DNA of 64,000 nt from Bacteroidota bacterium (lineage in GTDB: Bacteria; Bacteroidota; Ignavibacteria; UBA10030). Under the pieces are notes generated by a model. That model saw only the letters and a list, made by a program, of their open reading frames with translations. It had not been told where the DNA came from and did not search any database. How positions within the stretch are numbered: the first letter of the stretch is position 1; the number at the start of each line of letters is the position of its first letter. The stretch lies in assembly GCA_035559595.1 (NCBI GenBank), contig DATMBF010000005.1, forward strand, positions 18,707-82,706, written 5' to 3'. Positions 36,366 to 45,473 of this stretch are shown here, one piece after another. Both the position numbers and the translations under genes were made by a program.

Positions 36366-37774
36366 TCGAATTCATTCACATACTCTTTCAGGCGTACTTC
36401 TATTTCGTCATGGGGTATTTCATGCTTGTGAACGTCACATACGCAACACTGCTGATTATCTCCTATCGTGAAATCATTCGGTATATGCGTCATAACACGT
36501 TCAGCAACTATCGTGTGATGGTGCAGTCCGAGCTTACTGAGCCTGTTTCGATTCTCGCTCCAGCATACAACGAAGAGTTGACCGTCGTGGAAAGCGTGAA
36601 GAGTCTCTTAAAACTCAATTACGCGAAATACGAAGTTATCGTTATTAACGACGGATCAAAGGATCGAACACTGGAGAATCTGATTTCGGAGTTCCATCTC
36701 TTTCCTTCTAAACAAATCTATGTTGAACAGATTCCCACTGCCCCTGTGCGTGGGATTTACCGGTCGCGACACCCGGAGTTCAGAGATCTCATTGTTGTGG
36801 ACAAAGAGAACGGTGGCAAAGCCGATGCCCTGAATGCCGGCATCAATGCAGCGCGATACGACTACTTCTGTGCGATTGATGCCGATTCTCTGCTCGAAGA
36901 CGATGCTCTCCTGCGCGTCATCAAACCGTTTATGGAAGATGATACCGTGATCGCTGCCGGCGGCATTGTTCGTATCGTCAATGGCTGTAGGGTGGTCAAT
37001 GGAAGAGTGGTTCAGGTTGGGTTGTCGGATCGTTTGCTTCCCGTGTTCCAGATCGTTGAGTACTTCCGCGCGTTTCTTTCCGGCCGCATGGCCTGGCATG
37101 GTCTCAATGCTCTTTTAATTATTTCTGGTGCGTTCGGGATGTTCAAACGGTCGGCGGTGATTGAGGCGGGCGGATACGCGACGGATACGGTGGGTGAGGA
37201 CATGGAGCTGGTGACACGGCTTCACAGAAGAAACCGGGAGAAGAAAGAGCCGTACAAGGTCGTTTTCGTACCCGACCCCGTCTGCTGGACGGAAGTGCCT
37301 GAGACGCTCCGCGTGCTGGCCAAGCAGCGAAATCGATGGCATCGGGGGTTACTTGATACCCTTCTTCGACATCGCGTGATGGTTCTGAATCCTCGGTACG
37401 GCATTGTCGGGCTCGGCGCCGTTCCGTATTTTCTCTTCATCGAATTACTTGGTCCGGTCTTGGAGCTTCTCGGCTATCTTTGCGTCGCGGTGATGTATGT
37501 GATGGGAATTCTCAATATCGAAATGGTTATCGTTTTCTTCATAGTTGCTCTCTTCTACGGTGTGATGTTCTCTGTGGCTGCCGTGATGCTGGAGGAGATC
37601 TCCTTCAAACGTTACCCGAAGCCGATGGATCTCGCGTATCTGTTAGCGTTCGGAGTGGTGGAGAATTTCGGTTATCGACAGATGACGGTTTGGTGGCGGG
37701 TGAGGGCGTTTGTTGATTACTTTCGTGGGGTGCAATCGTGGGGAGAAATGCAGCGGAGAGGGTTTAGAACTTGA
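36362..37774 (+). CDS. processive GT2-family glycosyltransferase/polysaccharide synthase (PgaC/IcaA/NfrB-like)
   Basis: VSILAPAYNEE, VIVINDGSKD, DADSLLEDDAL (DxD), GEDMELV and QRNRWHRG (QxxRW), flanked by N- and C-terminal TM helices. No PilZ or other C-terminal domain. Confidence 0.85.
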   Translation: MIEFIHILFQAYFYFVMGYFMLVNVTYATLLIISYREIIRYMRHNTFSNYRVMVQSELTEPVSILAPAYNEELTVVESVKSLLKLNYAKYEVIVINDGSKDRTLENLISEFHLFPSKQIYVEQIPTAPVRGIYRSRHPEFRDLIVVDKENGGKADALNAGINAARYDYFCAIDADSLLEDDALLRVIKPFMEDDTVIAAGGIVRIVNGCRVVNGRVVQVGLSDRLLPVFQIVEYFRAFLSGRMAWHGLNALLIISGAFGMFKRSAVIEAGGYATDTVGEDMELVTRLHRRNREKKEPYKVVFVPDPVCWTEVPETLRVLAKQRNRWHRGLLDTLLRHRVMVLNPRYGIVGLGAVPYFLFIELLGPVLELLGYLCVAVMYVMGILNIEMVIVFFIVALFYGVMFSVAAVMLEEISFKRYPKPMDLAYLLAFGVVENFGYRQMTVWWRVRAFVDYFRGVQSWGEMQRRGFRT

Positions 37775-37777
37775 CGA

Positions 37778-38356
37778 TCATTGGACCATTCCAAACCGTT
37801 TGTTCTGCGCCGTCATCTTGATGAAGTACCGCAGTCGCTGTTGAAACACCTCGCGCCTCCTTCGTGCTGCTTCAATCCATCCGATTCGAATTCGCTTGTA
37901 CGAGCTTGGGAACTTCTGAAAGTTCTTCCAGACTTTCGGGTGCTTCTGCAACTCTTTGAGAATGTCCTCCGCCACAGAGAAGCCGCCAGGTTGATCAAGA
38001 GATTCGACGAAATGCGGTTTGCGGCTTTTCTTGAGAGCTTCGAGCCCGAATCTGGTCATCTTCCTCTGTGCGATGAGACGTCGGATGCGCTCGAGGTTCA
38101 TGGCGGAAAATGGGCTTCCCGGTCGTCGCGGTGAAAATCGTTGGACATATCGTTCAGAATCGATCGCTTTGACGATACTATCGATCCACCCAAAACAAAG
38201 TGCTTCCTCAACCGCATCGTTATACGGGATGCGACGTTTGGTTGAGCCTTTTTTGTAATAGATCAGCCAAATATCTTTTGCTGTGCGATGATGTTTGCTA
38301 AGCCATCGCCGCCATTCTTGGCGGTTTTTCACATAAAGCCTTCTGCCGATTTCCAT
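37778..38356 (-). CDS. YdeI/OmpD-associated family protein
   Basis: WRRWLSKHHRTAKDIWLIYYKKGS, YNDAVEEALCFGWIDS and RFSPRRPGSPFSAMN are typical of the YdeI (OmdA) family. Confidence 0.75.
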   Translation of the reverse strand: MEIGRRLYVKNRQEWRRWLSKHHRTAKDIWLIYYKKGSTKRRIPYNDAVEEALCFGWIDSIVKAIDSERYVQRFSPRRPGSPFSAMNLERIRRLIAQRKMTRFGLEALKKSRKPHFVESLDQPGGFSVAEDILKELQKHPKVWKNFQKFPSSYKRIRIGWIEAARRRREVFQQRLRYFIKMTAQNKRFGMVQ

Positions 38357-38734
38357 GATCTATCGTCGAATTGTCAACGTGATGGTCTTCGTCGCAACAA
38401 CGTCATAACTTTTTCTGCGTTTCGTTCCATACTCTCTTGAGTCTGTGACGAGTTGAGGGAGGGGAGAATTTCTCTTTTTCTTCGAAGAGGGGAGTAATCG
38501 CCACCGTTTGTTGGCTTATTTTCAGCGATTCTCTTCTTTAACTCGCTTGGCACGGGTAACGTTCGGGGGTTGGTACGACCCTAAGCGATATGCAGGCGGG
38601 AGCGGCTACGGCTGGTTTTGGGACGTCGACAAGCGGATTGAGGACCAGTTTCTTGATTCTGGCGGTGAACGTAAGGTGTTTCATCTAATGGGGAGCGGAA
38701 AATTCTGCTGATAGTTGATTCGCAGCGTTGGCAT

Positions 38735-38770
38735 CTCAAACAAGGTCCCGCCGCTCTTTCGTGGGACGTA
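38735..38770 (-). terminator. hairpin 3' of tRNA-Ser(CGA)
   Basis: The minus strand reads GTCCC-acgaaagagcggc-GGGAC followed by CTTGTTTG. It is homologous to the trailer of the other tRNA-Ser. Confidence 0.35.
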
Positions 38771-38773
38771 GTT

Positions 38774-38863
38774 TGGCGGAAGGGGTGGGATTCGAACCCA
38801 CGGTAGCCCGGAGGCCACACCGGTTTTCGAGACCGGCCGATTCAACCACTCTCGCACCCTTCC
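38774..38863 (-). tRNA. tRNA-Ser (anticodon CGA), class II, CCA encoded
   Basis: Hand-folded: acceptor GGAAGGG/CCCTTCC, D stem CGA/TCG, anticodon stem CCGGT/ACCGG with loop CTCGAAA, T arm GTGGG-TTCGAAT-CCCAC. Confidence 0.9.
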
Positions 38864-39011
38864 GTATGGAGTCAACGCGGATCAATATAAGTAAAACTGC
38901 CTATTTTTCAAAGGAATCACCGATCTCACCCTCATCGTCCCATTCTCAAAACTTGATCAAGAAATTCTTTCAGTTTGAGTTTTGTCTCCTCCAAGCCTCG
39001 ATGCAGATTCA

Positions 39012-39040
39012 TTGACATTCCCTCGATTAATCGGTATCTT
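39012..39040 (+). promoter_or_regulatory. sigma70-like promoter with an embedded 10-bp palindrome, upstream of the Fur-family gene
   Basis: TTGACA (39012-39017), 17-nt spacer, TATCTT (39035-39040). The spacer holds the perfect palindrome CGATTAATCG (39024-39033). Confidence 0.35.
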
Positions 39041-39049
39041 TTCATCGTC

Positions 39050-39463
39050 ATGAAGAGTGAGATGGAAATGCCGGCAATCGGTACGAAACGAAGCAAGCAA
39101 CGCGAGAAGATCTTTCAAGTCCTCAAGAAGACACGCTCGCATCCCACAGCAGAGTGGGTCTTTGAACGAGTAAGAGAACAAATTCCTCATATTTCGCTCG
39201 GAACGGTGTACAGAAATCTCAGCGTTTTGTCCCAACAAGGCAAAATTCGTGAGCTAGATTTCGGCGAGGGACTCAAACGGTACGATGCTTTCACAGATCC
39301 GCACTATCATTTCATTTGTGATGAATGCGGAATTGTGAAGGACCTGGAAGTTCCGCCACATAGTGATCTGAACGAGCGAGTCAAGAGATCTGTCCCCGGC
39401 GTTGTCCGGTCCCACAGACTTGACTACTTTGGGATTTGTTCCGACTGTCTCGCGAAAGTCTAA
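39050..39463 (+). CDS. Fur-family transcriptional regulator (PerR-like by context)
   Basis: HPTAEWVFERV, LGTVYRNLSVL, HYHFICDECG and CSDC (structural Zn CxxC pairs). Alternative starts at 39062 and 39068. Confidence 0.85.
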   Translation: MKSEMEMPAIGTKRSKQREKIFQVLKKTRSHPTAEWVFERVREQIPHISLGTVYRNLSVLSQQGKIRELDFGEGLKRYDAFTDPHYHFICDECGIVKDLEVPPHSDLNERVKRSVPGVVRSHRLDYFGICSDCLAKV

Positions 39464-39499
39464 TTTCCCCACGTCAAACGTCCTTCAGGAATCCTCACA

Positions 39500-40309
39500 A
39501 TGAAGAAATCCGTACGTCTTTGCGGTTCGGCAGCATGGGTTGTCCTGTTTTTTGCCACAGTCGGATGTGAACAGCGAAAGGATATGGTGGAAAAGGCATC
39601 TGACCAACAGCACCTCGTTGGTGATTCCACCACCTATTTCCAGAACGACCCGAAGTACATTCATCCTGACACGACATATGTGCCCGGCGATTATCCGCTT
39701 GCTGAGGTTGGAAACGCCCGCGCCGTTTATTACACACTGCGCCAAGAGCTCGAACGCGCTGTCGTCGATCCAACCGCATTGGTTTCACTCCCAAGCGGGG
39801 AGATCGCATGGACAAGCTTCAAAGATGGCGGGAAATCCGTTCTGGGATATTTTAGAAATTACTTCGGTGTTGTCAGACTGACCTCGAAAGGGATAACGGA
39901 AGCGACACTTGTTATCGATGTGAATTCACTTGACTCCGCCATTCCCGGCCGCAACAACAGAATTCTCAACTTCTTTTTCGAAAGCATGAAGCCCGAATTC
40001 GGCACCGCAGAATTGAAGCTCACGCAATTCAGGATGAAGGAAGGGTCTCTCAAGCAAGCGGAAGGTGGAAAAGAACAAGCCGTTGAAGCCAGCGGAACAT
40101 TGACGCTCAATGGAGTTACCAAGGAGATCACAACATCGCTCGCGCTCGTCAAGCAGGGAAAGACCTGGTCTATTACGACTCGGGTTCCCCTTACGCTTCT
40201 GATTTCTGACTATGCCTTCGGAGCGAGAGTCTTCACTCTTATGAAAGAATGCAACCACCGATCCCTGGGCAATCTGGTTAAGGTTAACGCAAAACTCTTT
40301 TTTCGATAA
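39500..40309 (+). CDS. YceI-like domain lipoprotein
   Basis: Lipobox LFFATVGC. The C-terminal half has a YceI-like signature (GTLTLNGVTKEITTSLAL). Confidence 0.6.
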   Translation: MKKSVRLCGSAAWVVLFFATVGCEQRKDMVEKASDQQHLVGDSTTYFQNDPKYIHPDTTYVPGDYPLAEVGNARAVYYTLRQELERAVVDPTALVSLPSGEIAWTSFKDGGKSVLGYFRNYFGVVRLTSKGITEATLVIDVNSLDSAIPGRNNRILNFFFESMKPEFGTAELKLTQFRMKEGSLKQAEGGKEQAVEASGTLTLNGVTKEITTSLALVKQGKTWSITTRVPLTLLISDYAFGARVFTLMKECNHRSLGNLVKVNAKLFFR

Positions 40310-40320
40310 TTGCAGTAACG

Positions 40321-40794
40321 ATGGTAAAGGTAGGCGATAAGGCTCCCGATTTTGAGATGTATGATACGAACCGTAAGCCTCGCTCTTTAAGGGATTTCAT
40401 TGGAAAGAAGACTGTATTGCTATTTTATCCCGCGGCTTTTACAGGAGTTTGTACAAGAGAGATGTGCACGTTTCGTGATTCGCTCGCACGTTTCAACGAC
40501 GTGGATGCGCAAGTCGTCGGGATCAGTATTGACAGCCCGTTCTCCAATAAGGCGTTTGCAGAGAAATACAATCTGCAGTTTCCACTTCTCTCTGATTTCT
40601 CAAAGAAGGTCTCTGTTCAATATGGTGGTGGGTTGGTAGAGAATCTTGGCGGCGTCTTAGGGTACACCGCGTCAAAGCGAAGTGTGTTCGTTCTCGACAA
40701 GGAGGGGATCGTGCGTTATGCGTGGATTTCTGATGACCCCGGTGTTGAGCCGAAATACGAAGAGATTCTTCGGGCGGTTTCATCGCTTAATTAA
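40321..40794 (+). CDS. peroxiredoxin (AhpC/TSA-Bcp type)
   Basis: GDKAPDF and LLFYPAAFTGVCTREMC, which contains the peroxidatic Cys motif. Confidence 0.85.
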   Translation: MVKVGDKAPDFEMYDTNRKPRSLRDFIGKKTVLLFYPAAFTGVCTREMCTFRDSLARFNDVDAQVVGISIDSPFSNKAFAEKYNLQFPLLSDFSKKVSVQYGGGLVENLGGVLGYTASKRSVFVLDKEGIVRYAWISDDPGVEPKYEEILRAVSSLN

Positions 40795-40971
40795 TGTGCG
40801 GTGGTATTCTCCACCATTGTACATTCGGTTCCGTTCTTCATTGCTTGCCTGTTAGTGTTCAATTCCTCAACTCATTTTCCAAGGTCCGGAACGATACTCT
40901 CGGCTTTCCTGTTTCACCCTCTGCTACAAAGGGCAAACAGGTCATTCCTTGACGGCATGAAAGGTTAACGC

Positions 40972-41379
40972 ATGGTTTATGTGACACGACGAGCCACGTT
41001 CAGCGCATCGCATCGGTTGTACAACCCTGACCTTTCAGAAAGGGAGAACCTCGAACTGTTCGACAAATGCGCGAGCCCCAACGGACACGGCCACAATTAT
41101 GTGCTTGAAGTAACGGTTGTCGGTAAGCCCGGAGGAAAGACCGGGTATGTGATCGATTTGAAGAAACTGAAGCAAATCCTGCAACGTGAGATTTTAGAGA
41201 AGGTTGATCACAAACATCTCAATCATGATGTCGAGTTCCTGCGTGGGGTAATTCCGACAGCAGAAAACATCGTCCGGAGCTTTTGGAAGATCCTCGAGCC
41301 GAAAATTCCGGAGGGGAGACTATACTCCATTAGGCTTCAGGAAACAGAAAACAATTCAGTGGAATACCGCGGAGAATAG
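40972..41379 (+). CDS. 6-pyruvoyl-tetrahydropterin / 6-carboxytetrahydropterin synthase (PTPS/QueD family)
   Basis: [28 protein letters not shown] and PTAENI motifs. Confidence 0.85.
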   Translation: MVYVTRRATFSASHRLYNPDLSERENLELFDKCASPNGHGHNYVLEVTVVGKPGGKTGYVIDLKKLKQILQREILEKVDHKHLNHDVEFLRGVIPTAENIVRSFWKILEPKIPEGRLYSIRLQETENNSVEYRGE

Positions 41380-41380
41380 C

Positions 41381-41959
41381 ATGATCGATTCAACAAGAAG
41401 AGTCGTGGATACTGGTCTGGTGAAAGAGTTACTTCGGCAACTTGGTGAAAATCCTGAACGGGAAGGGCTACTTCGGACACCGGGTCGTGTCTCCAAAATG
41501 TTCTCCTTTCTCACGAAAGGGTATGATGAGGATGTCAAGAAGGTCTTGAACGGTGCAGTCTTTGAAGAGAAATACAGCGAAATGGTTATCGTGAAGGATA
41601 TCGACTTCTTTTCCCTCTGCGAGCATCACCTTTTGCCGTTCTACGGAAAGTGTCACATTGCCTATATTCCAAATGGAAAGATTCTTGGATTGAGCAAGCT
41701 CCCTCGTATCGTCGAGGTCTTCGCGCGTCGATTGCAAGTTCAGGAACGACTAACCCAGCAAATTGCAGACACATTGTATGAGTGTTTGAATCCCACCGGT
41801 GTCGGGATTGTGATGGAAGCGAAGCATCTATGCATGATAATGAGGGGTGTGGAGAAGCAGAACTCAGTGGCCACAACAAGCGCTATGTTGGGAGTGTTCC
41901 GCGAGGATGAGAAAACCCGTTCGGAATTCCTCCATCTCATTTCCCGCCCGACAGTATGA
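41381..41959 (+). CDS. folE: GTP cyclohydrolase I (FolE)
   Basis: [44 protein letters not shown]. Confidence 0.95.
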   Translation: MIDSTRRVVDTGLVKELLRQLGENPEREGLLRTPGRVSKMFSFLTKGYDEDVKKVLNGAVFEEKYSEMVIVKDIDFFSLCEHHLLPFYGKCHIAYIPNGKILGLSKLPRIVEVFARRLQVQERLTQQIADTLYECLNPTGVGIVMEAKHLCMIMRGVEKQNSVATTSAMLGVFREDEKTRSEFLHLISRPTV

Positions 41960-42687
41960 TGGCGCAGAGTAACCACGGTCGGGTTGTCTGGATCACCGGA
42001 GCAAGCTCGGGTATTGGCAAGGCTCTGGCCGAAGTATTCGCCCAAGCAGGGGACATGGTCATCCTTTCGGCGCGCCGTGAGTCGCCACTGAAATCACTCG
42101 CTCGGAGGATTCGTGCCCACGGAGGAAGTTGCGAGGTTACCGTGTGCGATGTGCGGAGCGAAAAGAGTCTTCGAAGGGCAGCGAAGAGAATCACGAGCAA
42201 TGTCGGTTGGGTTGATGTGCTCATCAATAACGCCGGTGTAACCTCGTTTAAGAGGTTTGACGAGATCTCGACACGAGAATTCGATGAGGTCATTGCCACG
42301 AATCTGCGTGGAGCATTTCTCGCAACGAAAGCGGTTCTTGATAGCATGGTGAAGCGTCGGCGGGGGGTTATTCTCAACATTATTTCGTTTGCCGCCAAAA
42401 CGACCTACGAAGGGTCCGCAGCGTACAGCGCTTCGAAGGCCGGAGTGGAATCGATGATGAACGTGTTGCGCGCTGAAACGAGAGGCCGCGGTCTGAAGGT
42501 TGTCAATGTGTACCCCGGAGCGATCCTGACCCCAATGTGGAAAGCTGAACATCGCAGGAAGTACTCCAACGTCATGATGTCACCGAAAGAAATTGCACGC
42601 CTGATTTACGAAGCTTCGATTCATCCGTCTTCCGGCATGGTCGAAGAGCTTGTCGTTCGCCCGCAGATCGGGGATCTCAGAGTGTAG
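41956..42687 (+). CDS. classical SDR oxidoreductase; sepiapterin-reductase candidate by context
   Basis: [14 protein letters not shown] and YSASK motifs. The start overlaps the folE stop (ATGA). Confidence 0.8.
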   Translation: MMAQSNHGRVVWITGASSGIGKALAEVFAQAGDMVILSARRESPLKSLARRIRAHGGSCEVTVCDVRSEKSLRRAAKRITSNVGWVDVLINNAGVTSFKRFDEISTREFDEVIATNLRGAFLATKAVLDSMVKRRRGVILNIISFAAKTTYEGSAAYSASKAGVESMMNVLRAETRGRGLKVVNVYPGAILTPMWKAEHRRKYSNVMMSPKEIARLIYEASIHPSSGMVEELVVRPQIGDLRV

Positions 42688-42750
42688 AACACGAGCCGCG
42701 GCCCGGTTGCGTTGCGAACGAAGCACAGTTTTGATATATTGGCATAGACA

Positions 42751-44703
42751 ATGTCCCGATCGCGTTCCCCGTTGAGCGTTATTCCCCTTCTTGTTGTTCT
42801 CCTCTCTCTTCAGTTTGAAGGTTGTGCCTTATTCTCAGCTCTTGGGGATTCCATCTCCCATGCGTACACAAATACCGTGGCGTATTTTAATGTCTACTAC
42901 AATGCCAAGCGACTGTTCGATGAAGCTGAAGGGGAAATCCTCTCCGCTGAAAAGACTCATCGCGCTTCACGGGATCGGTCGGAGCCAACGGTTCCGGGAG
43001 GTGCACGACAGAAGCTGAACACCGTTATCGACAAGTGTTCCAACATTCTTGCGTTCCACTCAGCGAGCAGCATGGTCGATGATGCGCTATTGCTCATCGG
43101 GAAATCGTATTACTACCAGGGCGAATATGTAAAAGCGGAGAGAAAATTCGCCGAGCTGTTTGCGCAATTTCCAACAAGCAATCTCATCCACGAGGCACAA
43201 GTATGGTATCTCCGTTCGCTTGCCCAACTGAAGCGGTATCCTGATATTTTTCGTGATGCGCCTCTCTTCCTCGCCGGTCTGGAAAAAGCAAACCGGAAGG
43301 AGCTGGCGGGTGATGTTTACCTGATCCTCGGCTCGGTTCACGAAGAGGCGAGAAACATCATGACCGCGATTGGCAATTACCAACTTGCCGTTGCACTTCT
43401 CAGCGAACCTACAAAAAAGGCGGAGGCCCAAAAGGCTCTTGCCGATCTTTACTTTGCGAATCGTGATTTTCGAAACAGCACTGCAGCGTACCGGAGACTT
43501 CTGGATATCGCGCCTGACGAATTCTTCGAATACGATGCTTTACTCAGTATTGCAAAGGCGTACAGAGCCCAGAAGAACTTCGATGCATCTTTGCAGACGC
43601 TCAATGAGTTGCTTGACGATTTTCGGTTTCAGCAACGGCGTGACGCGGTGTTGCTCGAGCGGGCTCGGGTCCTTGCCGAGCGGGGTGACATTGCTGAGGC
43701 GCTTGACGAGTATGAGTACGCCGATACGACGTTTGCGCGAACGGAAGTCGGTGCGAGGGCTGCATTTGAAAAGGGAGAGATCCTGGAAAGGATTGGTGAT
43801 TATGATGGGGCGTGGAAAGCTTATGCGAAAGCAGGGACAGGCCCTGTTGCAGCGTTAGCTTCGGAGGCGCGTCGCAAATCCCAGGGGTTCAATAAGTACT
43901 TTGAACTTCACAAAACCCGTGCGTACCTCGATAGCCTGAAGAATGTGTGGGAGGCTGGAGACCACGGAAGGCTGAATCTCGATTCGCTTCGCAAAGAGGA
44001 GGCAAAAGTTTCTTATGGCCTTGGCGAAGTGTTCTATTCAGACATCCCTCATGTCGATTCAACGGTCTATTATTACACTCGCGCGTTGGAACTTTTTGAG
44101 GATAGTATTTCTGCGCCAAGAGCAATGTACGTGCTCAGCGATATTGTCAGAGCCCATCCCGGCAAGACATCCTTAACTTGGGAGGAATGGCAGAACAGGC
44201 TGGCAAGCACATATCCATCGAGCTCGTACGGACTTGAGGTGCGGCGACTGATGGGAGAGACGTTGGAGACCCCCGGCGTCGATCCGGCCGAGCAGCAATA
44301 CCGCCTCGCAGAACGCAAGATTGACTCTCAGCTTTACCGTGAGGCAATAAGGGACCTCAAGTCAATCGCATCAGGTTATCCAAAATCTTCCTACGCATCG
44401 AAAAGTCTCTACACGATCGGATGGATTTTTGAGAATCACCTGGGCTTTGCCGACAGCGCGCTGGCGTACTATCGCATTGTTGTGGAGGAACATCCCGGAA
44501 CGCAATATGCGGAAGTCGTGAAACGTAAGTTACCGTCTGCAGCACCCCCTGAACCAGCAAGCCCCGGCTCACCGGAAGCGAAAGAACCTCAGAAGAAAGA
44601 AGCGGAAAGGGATGAGGTTCGAGTTCGTGCCCGCGAGGAGGCAGAGAAGAAGACCGAATCACAAACCCCGTTGCCCTCAGCAAAGAAGCGCGATAACGAT
44701 TAA
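42751..44703 (+). CDS. TPR-repeat lipoprotein with K/E-rich tail
   Basis: Lipobox LQFEGC, many TPR-like helical repeats, and a low-complexity C-terminus (EAKEPQKKEAERDEVRVRAREEAEKK). Confidence 0.7.
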   Translation: MSRSRSPLSVIPLLVVLLSLQFEGCALFSALGDSISHAYTNTVAYFNVYYNAKRLFDEAEGEILSAEKTHRASRDRSEPTVPGGARQKLNTVIDKCSNILAFHSASSMVDDALLLIGKSYYYQGEYVKAERKFAELFAQFPTSNLIHEAQVWYLRSLAQLKRYPDIFRDAPLFLAGLEKANRKELAGDVYLILGSVHEEARNIMTAIGNYQLAVALLSEPTKKAEAQKALADLYFANRDFRNSTAAYRRLLDIAPDEFFEYDALLSIAKAYRAQKNFDASLQTLNELLDDFRFQQRRDAVLLERARVLAERGDIAEALDEYEYADTTFARTEVGARAAFEKGEILERIGDYDGAWKAYAKAGTGPVAALASEARRKSQGFNKYFELHKTRAYLDSLKNVWEAGDHGRLNLDSLRKEEAKVSYGLGEVFYSDIPHVDSTVYYYTRALELFEDSISAPRAMYVLSDIVRAHPGKTSLTWEEWQNRLASTYPSSSYGLEVRRLMGETLETPGVDPAEQQYRLAERKIDSQLYREAIRDLKSIASGYPKSSYASKSLYTIGWIFENHLGFADSALAYYRIVVEEHPGTQYAEVVKRKLPSAAPPEPASPGSPEAKEPQKKEAERDEVRVRAREEAEKKTESQTPLPSAKKRDND

Positions 44704-45473
44704 TGTTGCAAGAACAAGCGATCGTCGAGGAATGTCGTGAAATAGCCGAGGGGATTTACGCTCTTCGATTTCGCTCACCGTTGATTGCGAAACAGGCACG
44801 GCCGGGACAGTTCGTGAACATCCGGGTTGATGAGGGGATCGATCCGTTACTGCGGAGGCCGTTTAGTGTGAGTCGGACGGTGGACGGAACGGCCGAGGTT
44901 GTCTTCAATGTTGTCGGGGTGGGGACGCGCATCCTTTCTGAAAAACGAGCGGGGGAGTTTCTTGACATTCTTGGGCCACTTGGACATCCTTGGGAGTACA
45001 CAACGGGGTTTGATATCGCTCTTATTGTTGCAGGCGGACTTGGGGTGGCTCCTGTGCCGATTCTTACGGATTTTCTCTTACGGGAGGAAAAGAATATCAT
45101 CACCTTCCTGGGTGCACGAACCTCGAGTTGGGTTGCCCCCTTGAACATGAAAAACCTCCACATTGCCACAGAGGATGGCAGCAAAGGTCTTCGTGGAACT
45201 GTCGTCGAGCTGGTTTCCGACTACCTTTCGTCACACAACGTTGAACGACCTAAGATCTTCGGCTGCGGGCCGACGAGAATGATGAAGGCGCTCTCCGATC
45301 TCGCCATAAGCAAAGATATTCCCTGCGAGCTTCTGCTTGAAGGGGAAATGGCCTGCGGGATCGGTATCTGCCAGGGGTGTCCGGTTGAAGTCGTAAACGG
45401 TGAAAAGCGATACGAACTCATTTGCACGCAGGGGCCGGCATTTGATTGTCGGCATATCATTCTTCCGTCATGA
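44703..45473 (+). CDS. pyrK: dihydroorotate dehydrogenase B electron-transfer subunit PyrK
   Basis: FAD/NAD-binding fold (RPFSV, GGLGVAP) and a C-terminal 2Fe-2S Cys cluster (CGIGICQGC). Confidence 0.85.
   Translation: MLQEQAIVEECREIAEGIYALRFRSPLIAKQARPGQFVNIRVDEGIDPLLRRPFSVSRTVDGTAEVVFNVVGVGTRILSEKRAGEFLDILGPLGHPWEYTTGFDIALIVAGGLGVAPVPILTDFLLREEKNIITFLGARTSSWVAPLNMKNLHIATEDGSKGLRGTVVELVSDYLSSHNVERPKIFGCGPTRMMKALSDLAISKDIPCELLLEGEMACGIGICQGCPVEVVNGEKRYELICTQGPAFDCRHIILPS

Noticed and set aside
38508-38711. 67-aa TTG-initiated ORF as a real protein
   Set aside because: The composition is unusual (G/W/Y/F-rich). It has no signal peptide, TM helix or motifs and a non-ATG start. I retained it only as part of the unexplained noncoding-region finding.
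40908-40941. Hairpin CCTGTTTCACCCT...AGGGCAAACAGG upstream of the PTPS/QueD-family gene, as a preQ1 or THF riboswitch
   Set aside because: The loop contains CUGCUACAA, reminiscent of the preQ1-I loop. However, the stem order, the missing A-rich CUA tail and the overall length do not fit the preQ1-I consensus as I remember it, and the gene context points to biopterin rather than queuosine. An Infernal scan would settle it.
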